Below are positions 24,611 through 36,759 of a stretch of 64,000 nucleotides of DNA, one piece after another (position 1 is the stretch's first letter; each line of letters starts with the position of its first letter). Position numbers and translations under genes: made by a program. The notes under the pieces were generated by a model that was not told where the DNA came from, searched no databases, and saw only the letters and a program-made list of their open reading frames with translations. This DNA comes from Selaginella moellendorffii (Eukaryota; Plantae; Lycopodiophyta). The DNA is taken from NCBI RefSeq assembly GCF_000143415.4, contig NW_003314261.1:3588880-3652879 (forward strand). The letters are read 5' to 3'.

Positions 24611-26599
24611 TCATATCGATGTGGTGATTACTTTAGACTATCTCATGTTACAACAAATTTATTTCAACCAATGGAACAAGAGTTTGGGTAAGAATTTTGG
24701 TATTGTTACAGAATCCTTTATAAATTGTGCTTTTGTAGAATTATGCCGGCTGTTGGTGGAAAAGATATTGAAGACCTTTCTGGATTATTTCTCTCCAATG
24801 TCAAAGGTGCAACTTTGTCAGAGGTAATCTTTAAAGCAAGAATAGAACAATTTCTTTAAATCTATTTCGTTGTGCTTGGTTACCTTATAGGATTTTGGCA
24901 CTATTCAAAACCAGGCATTTTTTATGCATTGGAAGGGACTCAACTTGGACGAGCAATATTTACTTCATTTGGATCTAACAATGGAGTGTGCAATATTTGA
25001 TGTTGTAGGTGTAGATTTACCATTTTACATTAAGAATGCATTGCCTACAACAACACTAGTGAAGCGACGAGCTTTGGAAAAATTATACTTGGCCATACTC
25101 GGAGAAAATTGAGTGTTCTTTAGTGTACATTTCAAAATTAAATTAAATTCTTGATTTCTTCAATTTTAGGGTTCCCATGCGGGATTAGCATATTAATTAT
25201 ACCTTGATACGAGGCAATTTCATTTTATGACATGATTTTATCAATAGTTCGTTTGTTCTTCCAATCGGTTTGCATCATCTAACTGGAGGCAAGGCTTCTA
25301 GTGCACACTCCTCCGATCACAGGACCATCGCCCAAGCAAGAGCGCCACAGCTATGATAGTGGGTAGCTTCTCCTTGATCATGTTTGCATAACTAATCCCT
25401 TGTGGCTTTTAGGCTCGAAACAAGAACGCCGCACGCCTCAACAGCAGTAGACACTATGCAGGAAACACCTCGCAAGCACGTAGCCAAGCACGCAATATTC
25501 TGCAATCGGTACAGCCAACAGTCCTATGAGACACACACCAGCCATTTGATTTTCCAAGCTCTGCAACATGGACATTAACTCCAACAACATCCCATCCACA
25601 GCTCCTGACTGCAGTTGAGCAAGCAGAGTGCCACCTAACATTGCATACACTACAACATATGGAGAACCTCCAACATGTTTTGTTCTCCTCGCCTTCCTTG
25701 GAAAGTAGCAGCCCGAGCATCCGAAATGAGCAAGTTCGAATGTCTCATGCCCATGGTGTTGTCCAATCTAGAATGCTGCCACCAACACCAACTACAAGAC
25801 GTGCTTACAGAACCCCATATAGTGCCATTGTTACTAGCCTTGCAACTCCACCAGCCACTACAACTCTCGCAACTCAATCTACCGGTACAAATGCCAGTAT
25901 CTAGCCATCTACCTCCTGAAGCAACAAGTGCTTTAGCTCGATAAGTTTTTCATTTTTACTTGTTTTTTTTCCATGTGTTTTCTGTGTAGGGTGACTTGAT
26001 AATGCCGCCACACCAACAAGCTTATAATTCCCCATCAGCATTCCACAACTACTCCCAATGATCAACATCATCATCTAGTGGAGCTTTGACATCCAGATAT
26101 GTTCAAGCTAACCCTCAAGGCAAGCTGCCATGTGAGCCACATAATAACATGACTCCATGCACTCTTTTTTTTTTTTTTGGATTTGTTTAACTTATTTTTG
26201 TTTCACTATGCTAGATTGTCTCACTGCTTGTGGCTGCAATGCACACCTATGCCGATAACAATCGGCAGTCCTTATCTTGTCGTTGTGGACATTATAGCAA
26301 TCGATCCAAAGTCATTGGTGGGATGTCGTCTACAACACCCTTGATCCCTTGGTTGTTCACCACAATTCTTGTCACCAAGTGGATTGCAATCCTAAAGACT
26401 TGGCATGTACACTTGTATGGGTGGAAAAGAAAGCTATCTATGAAGGTGACAGAACTTGACGAGCTGGCAGTGGACCTCCTAGAGTGTCTCATATGGGGTG
26501 GCTTATACTTTAGTATTCCTTTCCAACCCGGCATGGCCCAACATGTGATTCTACTATCACTCCAAGCCTTAAGAATCCAACCTTCATCCATGACCAACC

Positions 26600-27702
26600 T
26601 GTAAGCGACTAATTTTTCCATTCTACTTTAGTCACTTAACCACACCTCCAACCCCTTAGAGGAGTCTCATTCACAACCTCCATAAGTCCAATTTAGGACT
26701 TGGGACTTGCTAGCCCCAAGAATGGCATCCATGCCACCCCACACTTGCACCTGGTCCAAGTGCTCCACGTGTCCGGTCCCAAGACCGACACCCAAAGGTA
26801 CCACTGACACCTCGGCCCGTTACGCTAAGGCCATGCCCATTCACCTTTGCTACACTAGTGATCCAATACCACTTGCATCACCATCCCGTCTCTCCAAGAC
26901 TGGGCCATCTGTCCATGAGTGGTCATCCTGGATCCACTCCTTAGCATCCTTAGGATGCCTACAGACCTGGGGAATCGCCTTCCCGAAAGTCCCTTTGTCA
27001 GTTCCTACCAAGTCCCTTTCTGCCCCTGGCCGTGTTTGCCAACACTGCCACTGGATCGAGGCCCACAAGCCCGACCACTAAGTCCCATGGTCCTCTAGGA
27101 CTTCCTCACCACACGACTGTGTCCTTGGTCACTACCCCAGAGGACTGCTCCTCTTCCTTTCCACAGTCTAGGCCTTTGGGACAACATTTTGGAACACCGT
27201 GGCCTTACGCGAGCCACCTGGGTACTCTCCCTGCCTTTCGCCTTTAGGTGCTCTAGCCATGGGCTTAGAGCGAGGTTCCGTTGAGCCACGCCTGGTATCC
27301 AAGTAGGTAGTGCCACCCACACTTGGACTGGGAGCATTGGCCAGTCGATCTCCCGGGGGAACTAGAGCTGGCTCTTGAACACTTCACCAAGCTACCCCGC
27401 TTGTCGGTCCGTATTCACTCTAGTCTTGGACTTCCCAGTGGTCAGTTCCTCACCCAACACTGGGTCTGGCCTTCCTGGGCCAAACTGGCCTTTCCTAGCC
27501 AAACTGGCTCCACTGCAGTCCTCCCCCTACTATACTTTTGGAGCTCACCAAACCCCCCAGGGTCTGGGAGACGAACGCTTTGGGCTTTCACCCTCTCAGG
27601 CTCCGGACTCGGACTCGGACTCGGACTCGGACTCAGACTCGGACTCGGATTCAGATTCGGACTCGGACTCGGGCTCGGGCTCGGTCTCGGTCTCGGTCCC
27701 GA

Positions 27703-27737
<35 letters not shown>

Positions 27738-28350
27738 ACTTCGGACTCCATCTCGGACTCCATCTCGGACTCCATCTCGGACTCCATCTCGGACTCCATC
27801 TCGGGTCCATCTCGGACTCCATCTCGGACTCCATCTCGGGTCCATCTCGGACTCCATCTCGGACTCCATTTCGGGTCCATCTCGGACTCCATCTCGGACT
27901 CCATTTCGGGTCCATCTCGGGTCCATCTCGGACTCCATCTCGGACTCCATCTCGGACTCCATCTCGGGTCCATCTCGGACTCCATCTCGGACTCCATCTC
28001 GGGTCCATCTCGGGTCCATCTCGGACTCCATCTCGGACTCCATTTCGGGTCCATCTCGGGTCCATCTCGGACTCCACTTCGGACTCCAACTCGGGTCCAC
28101 CTCGGACTCCATCTTGGACACTCCCACGTGTCATGTGTTGGTCCATTTGGGTCCCTTTTTGGAGCCTCGCCTTTTGCTCGCTTCGTGCTCGTTCCTTGAG
28201 CACTTCGTTGGGAGTTCCACTCCCGCTCTTGACTTTTCAAGTCGGAGCTTTTGGTCCAAACGTGTTACGCTCGTTTGGCTCTCGCTTCGGCCACTACCAT
28301 GTGGCGCCCTTCCGGCTCCACTTTGGGGCCTAGGGATTTTGTGTCTCACA
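26600..28350 (-). mobile_element. Solo LTR of family A (1751 bp)
   Basis: tgtaagcgac...gtgtctcaca flanked by TSD CAACC (26595-26599, 28351-28355); no PBS or PPT. Confidence 0.93.
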
Positions 28351-30019
28351 CAACCCAGGAGCATTTATCCAGCATGCAAGGCAATCCAATGGTGGTGAGG
28401 CCCATGCTGAGTCTACAAAATTTGGCCTCAGCTCTATCCGGCCTTGCTATTGGCCTCCTCGAACATCATAGGGAGCTATAGCAAACAAGGCCAATGGCAA
28501 TTGGGCAACAGTAATATACTTATACAATGTTATGGAGCATTTTATTAACAAACATTGGCTAAGTTATCAAAAACAGGCTCGAGCACTCGAGGAGAAGGAT
28601 GTTCATGAACGTAAGTCATTTTTTTTTTTTAAGTTCCCTCCTCACAAATATATGTTGTGGTCTTTACAATTGTAGTTGCTACAAATACCTTGACTCCAAA
28701 TGATGATCCCTTGGTGATAGAGCCATTTCTTTGAAGGCCAGCCACGCAAGAACCAAACCAAGACGAGAATAATGAAGAAGAAGACTCTACAGATGAAGAA
28801 GATATTCTTCCATTACCGAAAGAAACTCTCCCCACACAAGACAACATGGACATCATCAGAGTCAAAGAACAAGGTGATGGTGGGGATGAATCACACCAAG
28901 GATCTCCGAAGACATCCTTATCACCAGAGATAGTGGCTCCAAGCCATGCGGCCGGTAAAAAGCATTAACATAAATGAATATTTTCGTCATTTTCTAATTT
29001 TTGTGTGCAGATAGGCCAATGGTAGTGTATGACAGTGATGGCGGAGGCTTTGAAGACCATGGTGTGCCTCCACCCCCTTTCTAGAGGGAAGTAGCTCCAC
29101 TCCGCTTACTTATGGAGTTGCTTGACAACTTTTCTACAGTAGAGTAAGATAATTGAAAATTGTACTATTCAAAATTAAACTAACGTTTGCATGTAGATTG
29201 TTGGAACATCAATAATGATGGATTGATGCCACCAATGCATTTAATGAAGCTGTTTGATTAACCACTCAAGATAGTGCCAACTTCATCATGCTGCAGCATG
29301 AGGAGGTTTTTGCTTTACAGGATGCCACCACAGCCCTTGAGGTGAGGGCACAGAGGGATGCTGAAGTTCTCTCATAGGTGTAGTGGCTAAAACACAAGTT
29401 TCTTGGTTGCTTTGGCATGGAGAGCACAAGTGACGAAGAGACACTAGACGCTGTTGCTAAACACCCTGAGTTCCATTGGGCTGGCAGTGAAATATTTCTT
29501 CAACGCGTGTTTTTCAGCCAAACCATGCCTCATTGGCAGGATTGGGAGAGTGTTCTCCTTAAGCTTGGCCTTTCAAAAACATAGTATGACGATGTGTTTT
29601 GTGACAACACAATCTAATAGCTCCTTGCTGAAGTAAGTATCAATGTGCCATCTTCAATTGTTAAGTCCACAATAGCATAGTTCATTGAGAAGAAGTACAT
29701 GTATCTATTTCTTAGCACTTAGTACCATCTTATTGTTTTGTGCAGGAACCTACGTAGGAATTGGGGGGCTGCACAACAATTGAGAGAATTAGTGACACTA
29801 CTAAAACATTATATTGTAAGTTCTCTCGTTTTTGCATCGAGAAGGCCATGCTTCAGCCATATAGACTTGCTTGTACACATTTGAGGTCATCTCACATTCT
29901 GGTAAGCAATGGATTGCCTATGAATTGGAGTTCCCTTACTTGTCCTTCCAGATTGCACCAAACAATGAATTCAGTTGTTTCTAATTCGCCAATATTAATC
30001 TCCACACACTGAATTATAA

Positions 30020-31220
30020 AGTGGTCTATGCGTTTGAGATTGGAGGAGCTTAGGAATCCACAATAGATGTGGGTGAGCCACATGCAAAAGCCATTAAGGA
30101 GGTTGTTCGCCAAATTCCAGGATTGGTAAGTTTAATTTTCACTTGGCTCACTAGAATAACTTTGTGTTACAGATATATAGACTGTTTGTGCTTAGGGAAA
30201 GAGTCACATATTGGCATCCCAGGATGCTAATGCATTCTAGGACATTGTGACAAGAAGAGCGGTATGTGGTAAATTAAGTTTAAAGCACAAGTTTTATATG
30301 CTCCTCATTTCTATATGCACAGGCTATTTTTGTGGGATGGTTGTTATTCCAAGCGTTCGAATGTAATGCACAGGTATCTCACGGGTGTACAATTGCAACA
30401 TTGGTAATTGCAGCTGGAGAGGTTCTAGATGAGAATGACCGAAGACTTGCCCGAGGAGGACTATACGAGATGGACCTCAAGGCATGCATGCCGCATATCT
30501 GGAATGCACTCAACCAATTGCGAGGTGCATTAAGCTTAAAGGAGGAGGGCAATTGGCACAAGTATGTGGATTCCATCCTAGAGAACCTTGCAATTACCGA
30601 CTACAATGCAGTGCTTGAGTCTAGACTTACTGAACTTAGTGAAGGTTATGAGTAGGTTGTGGAGGCATGCATAGCTATAGTGGTCTGGTATTACTTATTC
30701 ATCGAGCCAAACGTAGTGGGAGACTTATGTGCATGGAAGCTTGTCAGAGGCCTTACAAGAGTCCAGCATTGCTAGGTGGGCTTTCACTCATTGGGACAGA
30801 TGCTTTATTATAGGCCTTTTGGGTAAAGATGATCATTCCTCCCGCGGAGTTCATCAACTGCTTAATCTTTGATCAGGACTTTGGAGAGAACTTCCATAGC
30901 TGGATTGTGGACATCATTCGAGGTAACTATTTATTTTCACAAACAATTAAAACTTTTGTATATTTGAACATTTTATAGATATGAGCCCGAAAGAGTTATC
31001 TAAGTTCCATCACTTTGCGGTTGATTCTTCAGAGTTCCAACTGGGAGAGCCTATTTTGATCTAAGTTGAAAGACAAAATACATCATCTATTCGATTTCCT
31101 AGGTTTTCCACATGCATACAAGAAGTTTTCTTTCCTTTAACATACCCGTCAATGGAGTGGACTAAACACAAGATCCATTGAACACTCCAAAATCTAGAGA
31201 GCTTGTATGGATTGGGCTGA
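30020..31220 (+). pseudogene. HECT E3 ubiquitin ligase-like domain (second gene of the DNA transposon; decayed upstream exons probably from ~24.9 kb)
   Basis: Exon pieces TIDVGEPHAKAIKEVVRQ, GYFVGWLLFQAF and a C-terminal FPRFSTCIQEVFFPLTYPSMEW...LYGLG* (Cys codon 31113-31115, stop 31218-31220) resemble the HECT P.A.TC...L.LP.Y.S...GF motif; internal stops. Confidence 0.6.
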
Positions 31221-31956
31221 TGTTGTGGAAGTAATCTAGACACTTTCACAATAAAAATAAATAATTGTCTTGAAATATGTTTCACACTTTGAAAAAGACT
31301 CTTTCCAGTTCATTGGTGAAGTTAAAGGTAAGAATATTCAAAATATTCCACAAATGCCCATTATAAGCACTTGTAGCCCTTTTGGCTTATGCTTGCTATA
31401 GCTTCTAAAGCAACTCCCAATTTAGGATTTGGGTCAAAACTATCAAGCTTAGGTGCTACATGATGCCCATCCTTGCTTGAGGAACTCTCAACCTGTTTCA
31501 TGGTAGAACCAAAATCACCTTTGGGTCTGTAAATTCATCTTTGCTTGCATCTTAAGCAGTAACATATCCCTCATTGTCACTTTCTTCAGTAGGACCTTTC
31601 CCCTTAGTGATTGGCACAACATTAGAAGTAGTCTTGGGCTGCCTTGTTAGAGGGATTGTCAAGCCTTGAGAGGAGGAGGCATCATATAGAATCCTCGGTC
31701 CTATCCCTTGTTGAATCTATTGTTATGCCTCAAAGAAGTCATAGAATCCTCTCCAATTTGCCATACCAAGAGGAAACCCAGAAATCTCAAATATTGCAAA
31801 AGGGTTAGAGCATATATGAAACTGTCACAAATCTACTCTTACCAAAGTGAGCACGAGCTTTCAATCCTTGAAAACTCCAATTCTTCGGCCGCAGCGCACA
31901 GCATACATTGGATAGTTTTCCCCCATGCTTGGAAACCCTTCTTACAAATTTCAAAA

Positions 31957-32228
31957 TTTGAAACAGTTATAATTGAGAAATATTATAAGTGTCCATTGTT
32001 ATTGCTCTTCTCACTTGAATGTTATTGCATGCAATTGCAACTCCCATATTCTCAAATCTTCTTTAGCATACTCCTCTTGAGAGAACTCCAGGTCCAATTT
32101 GAAACGATTATAATTGGAAAATGTTGAAAGTGTCTATTGTTATCCTAAATGTTACTACATGCAATTGCAACCTTTATATTTTCAAATCTCCTTCAGCATG
32201 CTCCTGTTGAAAGAACTCTAGGTCCAAA
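31957..32228. repeat. Diverged tandem duplication (~130-140 bp x2) inside the DNA transposon
   Basis: tttgaaac..ttataattg...catgcaattgcaac...gaactc.aggtccaa occurs twice. Confidence 0.7.
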
Positions 32229-32811
32229 CATCAACACTATGCACCTTTGTATAGTACACAATTCAAGTATGAGCCCTACCAATTCATCAACTTGATTAGA
32301 CTTCAACCTACTTTTGAATCATATGCAAATCTTTTAAGCATCATGGTACAAAACTAAAGTGTTGAAAATCAATGGCAACGAAAGATTAACTTGATGGGAT
32401 GCATTAGAGATATAACTCCAGACAATATATATCCATGGCTTTGCAATGGAGATAGATGGAGTTCACTTACAATTGCTATGAACAATATGTTAAAAGAGGT
32501 GTGCCAAAAAAGGATAATTCAATTCTTTTGCCATGAGCGCCAAGAGCAAGATGTGAGAACATAGTGCTCTAGATAAGGTAATATAGTATGCAATCTAGTC
32601 GATTGTCCATTTGGTTTGCAACATTAACAACTTGCTAGAATGCATGGGATGAATGGGTCTATGGGTCATGAATGGCTCCATTCCATACATAGCATGGGTC
32701 ATTGCTATGGGCATGATGTTCCATCTGGGGAATAAGGATTGGATATTCGTAAAATATTATATGCCTGTGTTTTTTTTACACCATAATACACGTGGACCAA
32801 TAGCAGGCATA

Positions 32812-32852
32812 CAACCATTGTAAAATCCACCCTTTACGAATTGCACGCCATA
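32812..32852 (-). repeat. Right TIR of host DNA transposon
   Basis: Reverse complement of the left TIR; followed by TSD CAAAT at 32853-32857. Confidence 0.85.
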
Positions 32853-33806
32853 CAAATACTTGAATGGCAGCTTTTTCTCTCCTCCCCTCCTACTCAAAAG
32901 TCCCATGCTCTCACTGGGCAATTATAAACACATCTATCCAGGACGACCACCACCCTGCTCTTTGTTGTGTTTTAATGAAAGAAACTTTTCATTCCTGTGT
33001 GACTCTTTCTTGCCTTCTTAGGAAAAGCGAGAGCTGTTCCAACGAGAACCCCACAAAGGAGAGAGAATGGGCTCCTGAAGGCCGTTAATTTTTTGCCCTG
33101 GCTGGAACCACTTTAATGTGATGGTCCTGGAGCATATCCGACCAACAATGAGCTTAGATCATTCGAAGGGAGTGGAAACGGATTCGGACTTTGATCCAGA
33201 TCCATGCCAGACTTCCACAGAAGTTTCTGCAATGTGATCCAGGGGTGAGCGCTCGAATTGCTCACACAACCAGAAAAGGAGAGCTCACTTTAGCGGCCTT
33301 TAAATGCACCAATGTTTTCTCCACTCCCAGATCTCAGGCTCTCACACACCATACTTTGCATCCACAAGAAAAGAAGAAAATGGAGAGCTACCAGCGATTG
33401 ATCGTGATCTTCGCTCCATCGTCTCTGGCTAGCTCACTTTCAGCAACCTTCCCAAAGGCACCACTTATCCTCCAGACGGCACCAAGCTGCTCGAGGTCCG
33501 GACGCTTCCAAAGTACTCGATCCATCCACCGGCAGGCCCGAATCACGTCCCCCCCTCGACACACAAAGTTCGAACTTTCCACAAGCTTCCGAAGTCTCAG
33601 CACACTCCATCGGCAGGCCCGAGCAGACCAAGAGTCTGACTCGAAAGAGCCACTGGCTTTCTTGTAACAAAATGTGTATTGCATGGAATTGTTAAACCAC
33701 TTTCCTGTATCTATCGATCTAGTAGTATGCACAAGAAGAGAGAGGATTACTCTATGGTGAGAAATGAAAGTACCTGTGACTGGAAGGAGGAAAGATCTCT
33801 TTCTTT

Positions 33807-34900
33807 TCAGGCAGCCGAGGCTCGCTTGAGCAGCACCACCGAGAGAACGACGAGGCTCAGCATGAAACACGACTTGATGGCTGGGTCGGCAAAGTTTCCA
33901 TCCTTGGTTGAGAAGAACTTATTGTCGGCGAATGATAGGAAGCTGGAGAGAAGCTCAGTGAGCATGCGCTTGACTCGAAGGTAGGCATTCTTGGAGTAAT
34001 CCAGCAGCTGCGCGAGGAAATCCACCAGGTTGGGGTTGGGCTGATCGCTGGGGCGTGTGTGCTTGCTCCCCTCCTGTATGACCTCGCCATCGCCAGCTAC
34101 AAAGCTCTCGTATCCTGGAACGGAGCTACGTGGAGCAAAGTGGAACAAGCTTAAACGCACACACTCACCATTCTCCTGGAGCTTCTTCCTAAACTCCTTG
34201 ACTTTCTCGTTCGCCAGTACGGCATCCCACACGGCTTTGTCACTGGCGACCGACATCACGACCCCCTGGAAGAAAAATGTCACCACTGAGTAAAAAAAAG
34301 AAGAAATAAAAAAACACTTACTTGAACGATAGGATCGTTCTGGAGCAAACTAAACGCCTCGGCAACCTCGTTCCTTCTACAGACTTGGACGTTGCCAGGC
34401 TCATGCGACACCAAATGCGGCTCGATCCAATCCACAACCGGGTGACCGAGATGAACACTGCTTGGCCCTCGAATGCTCGAAACCGGGGAGTCTTGCTGCA
34501 AAGCTGGAGTTGGAAGTCCCTCTCCAAAACACCTTCCAGAAAAAAAACGAAAAAAAAATTCTTAATTTTTACATCAAGGAAAAGAACAAACTTACATGCC
34601 AAGGGCATTCTGCAAATCCGCGGTAGCCTCCTCGACCTCGTCCCGCGACGGCGCCGCTCCAAACACCAAATGGTCGCGGACGAAATACTCGGATCGCTCC
34701 TCATCTCCCGCAAACACCCAATCATCCGCCACTGCCGCGCGGAGCGGCAGCGCGGCGGCGCTGGTGGCGCTGGCACTGCCCATCATCACCGACTGGGGCA
34801 CGCTCGACGATGTCGCTGCCGCCGCCACCGCTGCTAGACCCACAATCGGAGGCTTGGTGACGGCCTTAGCCACTCCCCGCAGTAGAATCCCTCCTCCCAT
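33807..34900 (-). CDS. Plant conserved uncharacterised protein (UCP012943-like), about 4 exons
   Basis: DDWVFAG...HLVFGAAPSRDEVEEA, VAEAFSLLQNDPIVQ|GVVMSVASDKAVWDAVLANEKVKEF, C-terminal hydrophobic segment; GT-AG introns. Confidence 0.75.
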
Positions 34901-35232
34901 CGCTCTGACCTCGCCCTCCCGCGCCTTCTTTTAGAAACAAGCTCCCTCTCTCTTGTTTCTTTCTTTTTAGGGCTCTTATAGATGAGAATATCCCCTGACG
35001 AGATTATCTCGCCGACTGATACCGTGTGAGTTTATAAACAGGTTAAGGCAGCTAGTAGATGGGGTTCCGGATCTAACTTTTTGCCCCTTTATTATTATTA
35101 TTATTATTAAAGAACCATAATTACCATGCTCAAAAAATTCTAATTTTTCCAAGTCGGATTCAAGAACTTGGCGTGACGTCCGAAGAGCCGTTAATTTAGG
35201 GTTCTTCCTCAAGGCGCCCTAATTTTGGAATA

Positions 35233-36667
35233 ATGGCTGGGCGGATGCTCCAGCGGGGGCGACGCCGCGCGCGGCTCCTCGTTGCTCTTGGATTTCTCCT
35301 ACTTTTTGCATTCGATGTCGCTAGGCGCTACCGCCAGCTCTCGATCTCCCAGGTGAGTGAGATTTTCTTCTAGTCCTGAGAGGGCGATCGGGGTGAAATG
35401 CAGGCTAGATCAAGGCCTGTGACGAACACTCTCGAGGAATGCCGCAAGTTTGTCACTCCCGCGAGGCTAGCCAAAAGTCTGGTGGACATCACAGCAAGAA
35501 GCTCCGAGGTTCTTGCTCTATGATCATACAACCGGTAAGTGTTGTAGAGATTTATTCCTTGTTCTTGATCCGTAGCAGGGAGATTCACCTCCGCGTGTGG
35601 CGCTCTGCCTGTATGGCGAAGCCAGACAGTTTGAGCTCACAGGACTGAGCCTCAAGAACTACGTCTTGGACGTGCTGCCCGACGCTCACGTCTTCCTCCA
35701 CGCGCCCCTGGATCGCGATTCATACAAGCTGGAAATCCTCCGCAGTGCAAAGTCACGCTTTGCAAAGGCAAGGCTCTTCACGCCCGCGAGAATTCCCGAG
35801 ACCAACGTCCTTCGAGAGGTTGTCGGGGCGGAAGGTTCTTCTCATGGCTTGCAAGGCCTGCTACATTTTTTCCGCTTGATCGAGGGGTGTGGAGACTTGG
35901 TCACTGAATACGAGCGCAAGCACGAGTTTCTCTACGATTGGATCATCAAAGTGAGGCTGGACAGCTACTGGACAGATCCGATTCCAACCAAGTACGAGAG
36001 AGGTGTCTACACTATTCCATTCGGGAACAACTGTGGAGGAGTGAACGACAAGCTTGGAGTGGGTGATCGAGCCACTGCCATGGCCACAGGACTCAAGCTC
36101 AGCATCCTTCCGGCTCTCCATGCACAGGGCGATCGTAACTTATGGCCGGAAGCTCTTTTCGAGTCTCACTTGGAGCTCCAGCGAATTCTAGCAGTGCCGA
36201 CCAACTTTTCCTTCTGCCTCATCGATCATAGGAAGTGGCCGTGGCCTCCAAAAGGTTGGCATCTATCAGTGCCTTCCATCTCCAGCAAGGGACCTTTGAA
36301 CGGGGCTTACTGCCGGCCTTGCAATCCCAAAGTATCAAGCCTGGAGCGCTCGTCAGCGATTGTGGAGTCGCTGTGCAAGAGGTCCGGATGGTTTCCTACA
36401 GATGGAATGGAGAAGCTAGAGTTGTGTGATGCGTCAAGCCTGGAATGGGAGCGAGGCTGGGAGGCCTTGTTCGATTCGGCAGCAGGACAAGAAGCTGCCA
36501 AGACGAGAGAAAAGTTTGCCAGCAGCAAGCAGCTACAGGGGGATTGTGTTTTGCAGGCTTCTCTTTTCCAGAAGCGTTGGGAGATATGGGACGGTCCATC
36601 GCCACAGCAAGTTTGTAGCGTCAAGTCTGGAAATCCATGGCCAAAGTCATCACCAACAAGCTCTTAA
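35233..36667 (+). CDS. Type II membrane protein of the plant DUF7796-like family (RVALCL.G.AR.FELTG), possibly glycosyltransferase-like; about 3 exons
   Basis: N-terminal TM segment (LLVALGFLLLFAF) and a long last exon containing ALCLYGEARQFELTG, YDWIIKVRLDSYW, GGVNDKLGVG, GPLNGAYCRPC. Confidence 0.7.
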
Positions 36668-36759
36668 ATTTTCTTATCGCCCCAGAATGTTGGAAGCAGT
36701 GGTTCTTCAAATCTCGCGTGGCCGAGCCTGTGGCTCTCTCACGTGTTCATGATTCCAAT

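Larger units (their letters stand above)
176..32852 (+). mobile_element. Decayed TIR DNA transposon, IS3EU-like (IS3/retroviral-integrase-type transposase plus HECT-like gene), ~8.1 kb after removing nested LTR insertions
   Basis: Imperfect TIRs at 176-217 and 32812-32852 beginning TATGG/ending CCATA; CAAAT duplicated at 171-175 and 32853-32857; the transposase frame rejoins across the LTR insertions. Confidence 0.85.

Noticed and set aside
33000-33670. Possible minus-strand gene next to the right TIR
   Set aside because: Only short frameshifted pieces with no recognisable family; could not build a gene model.
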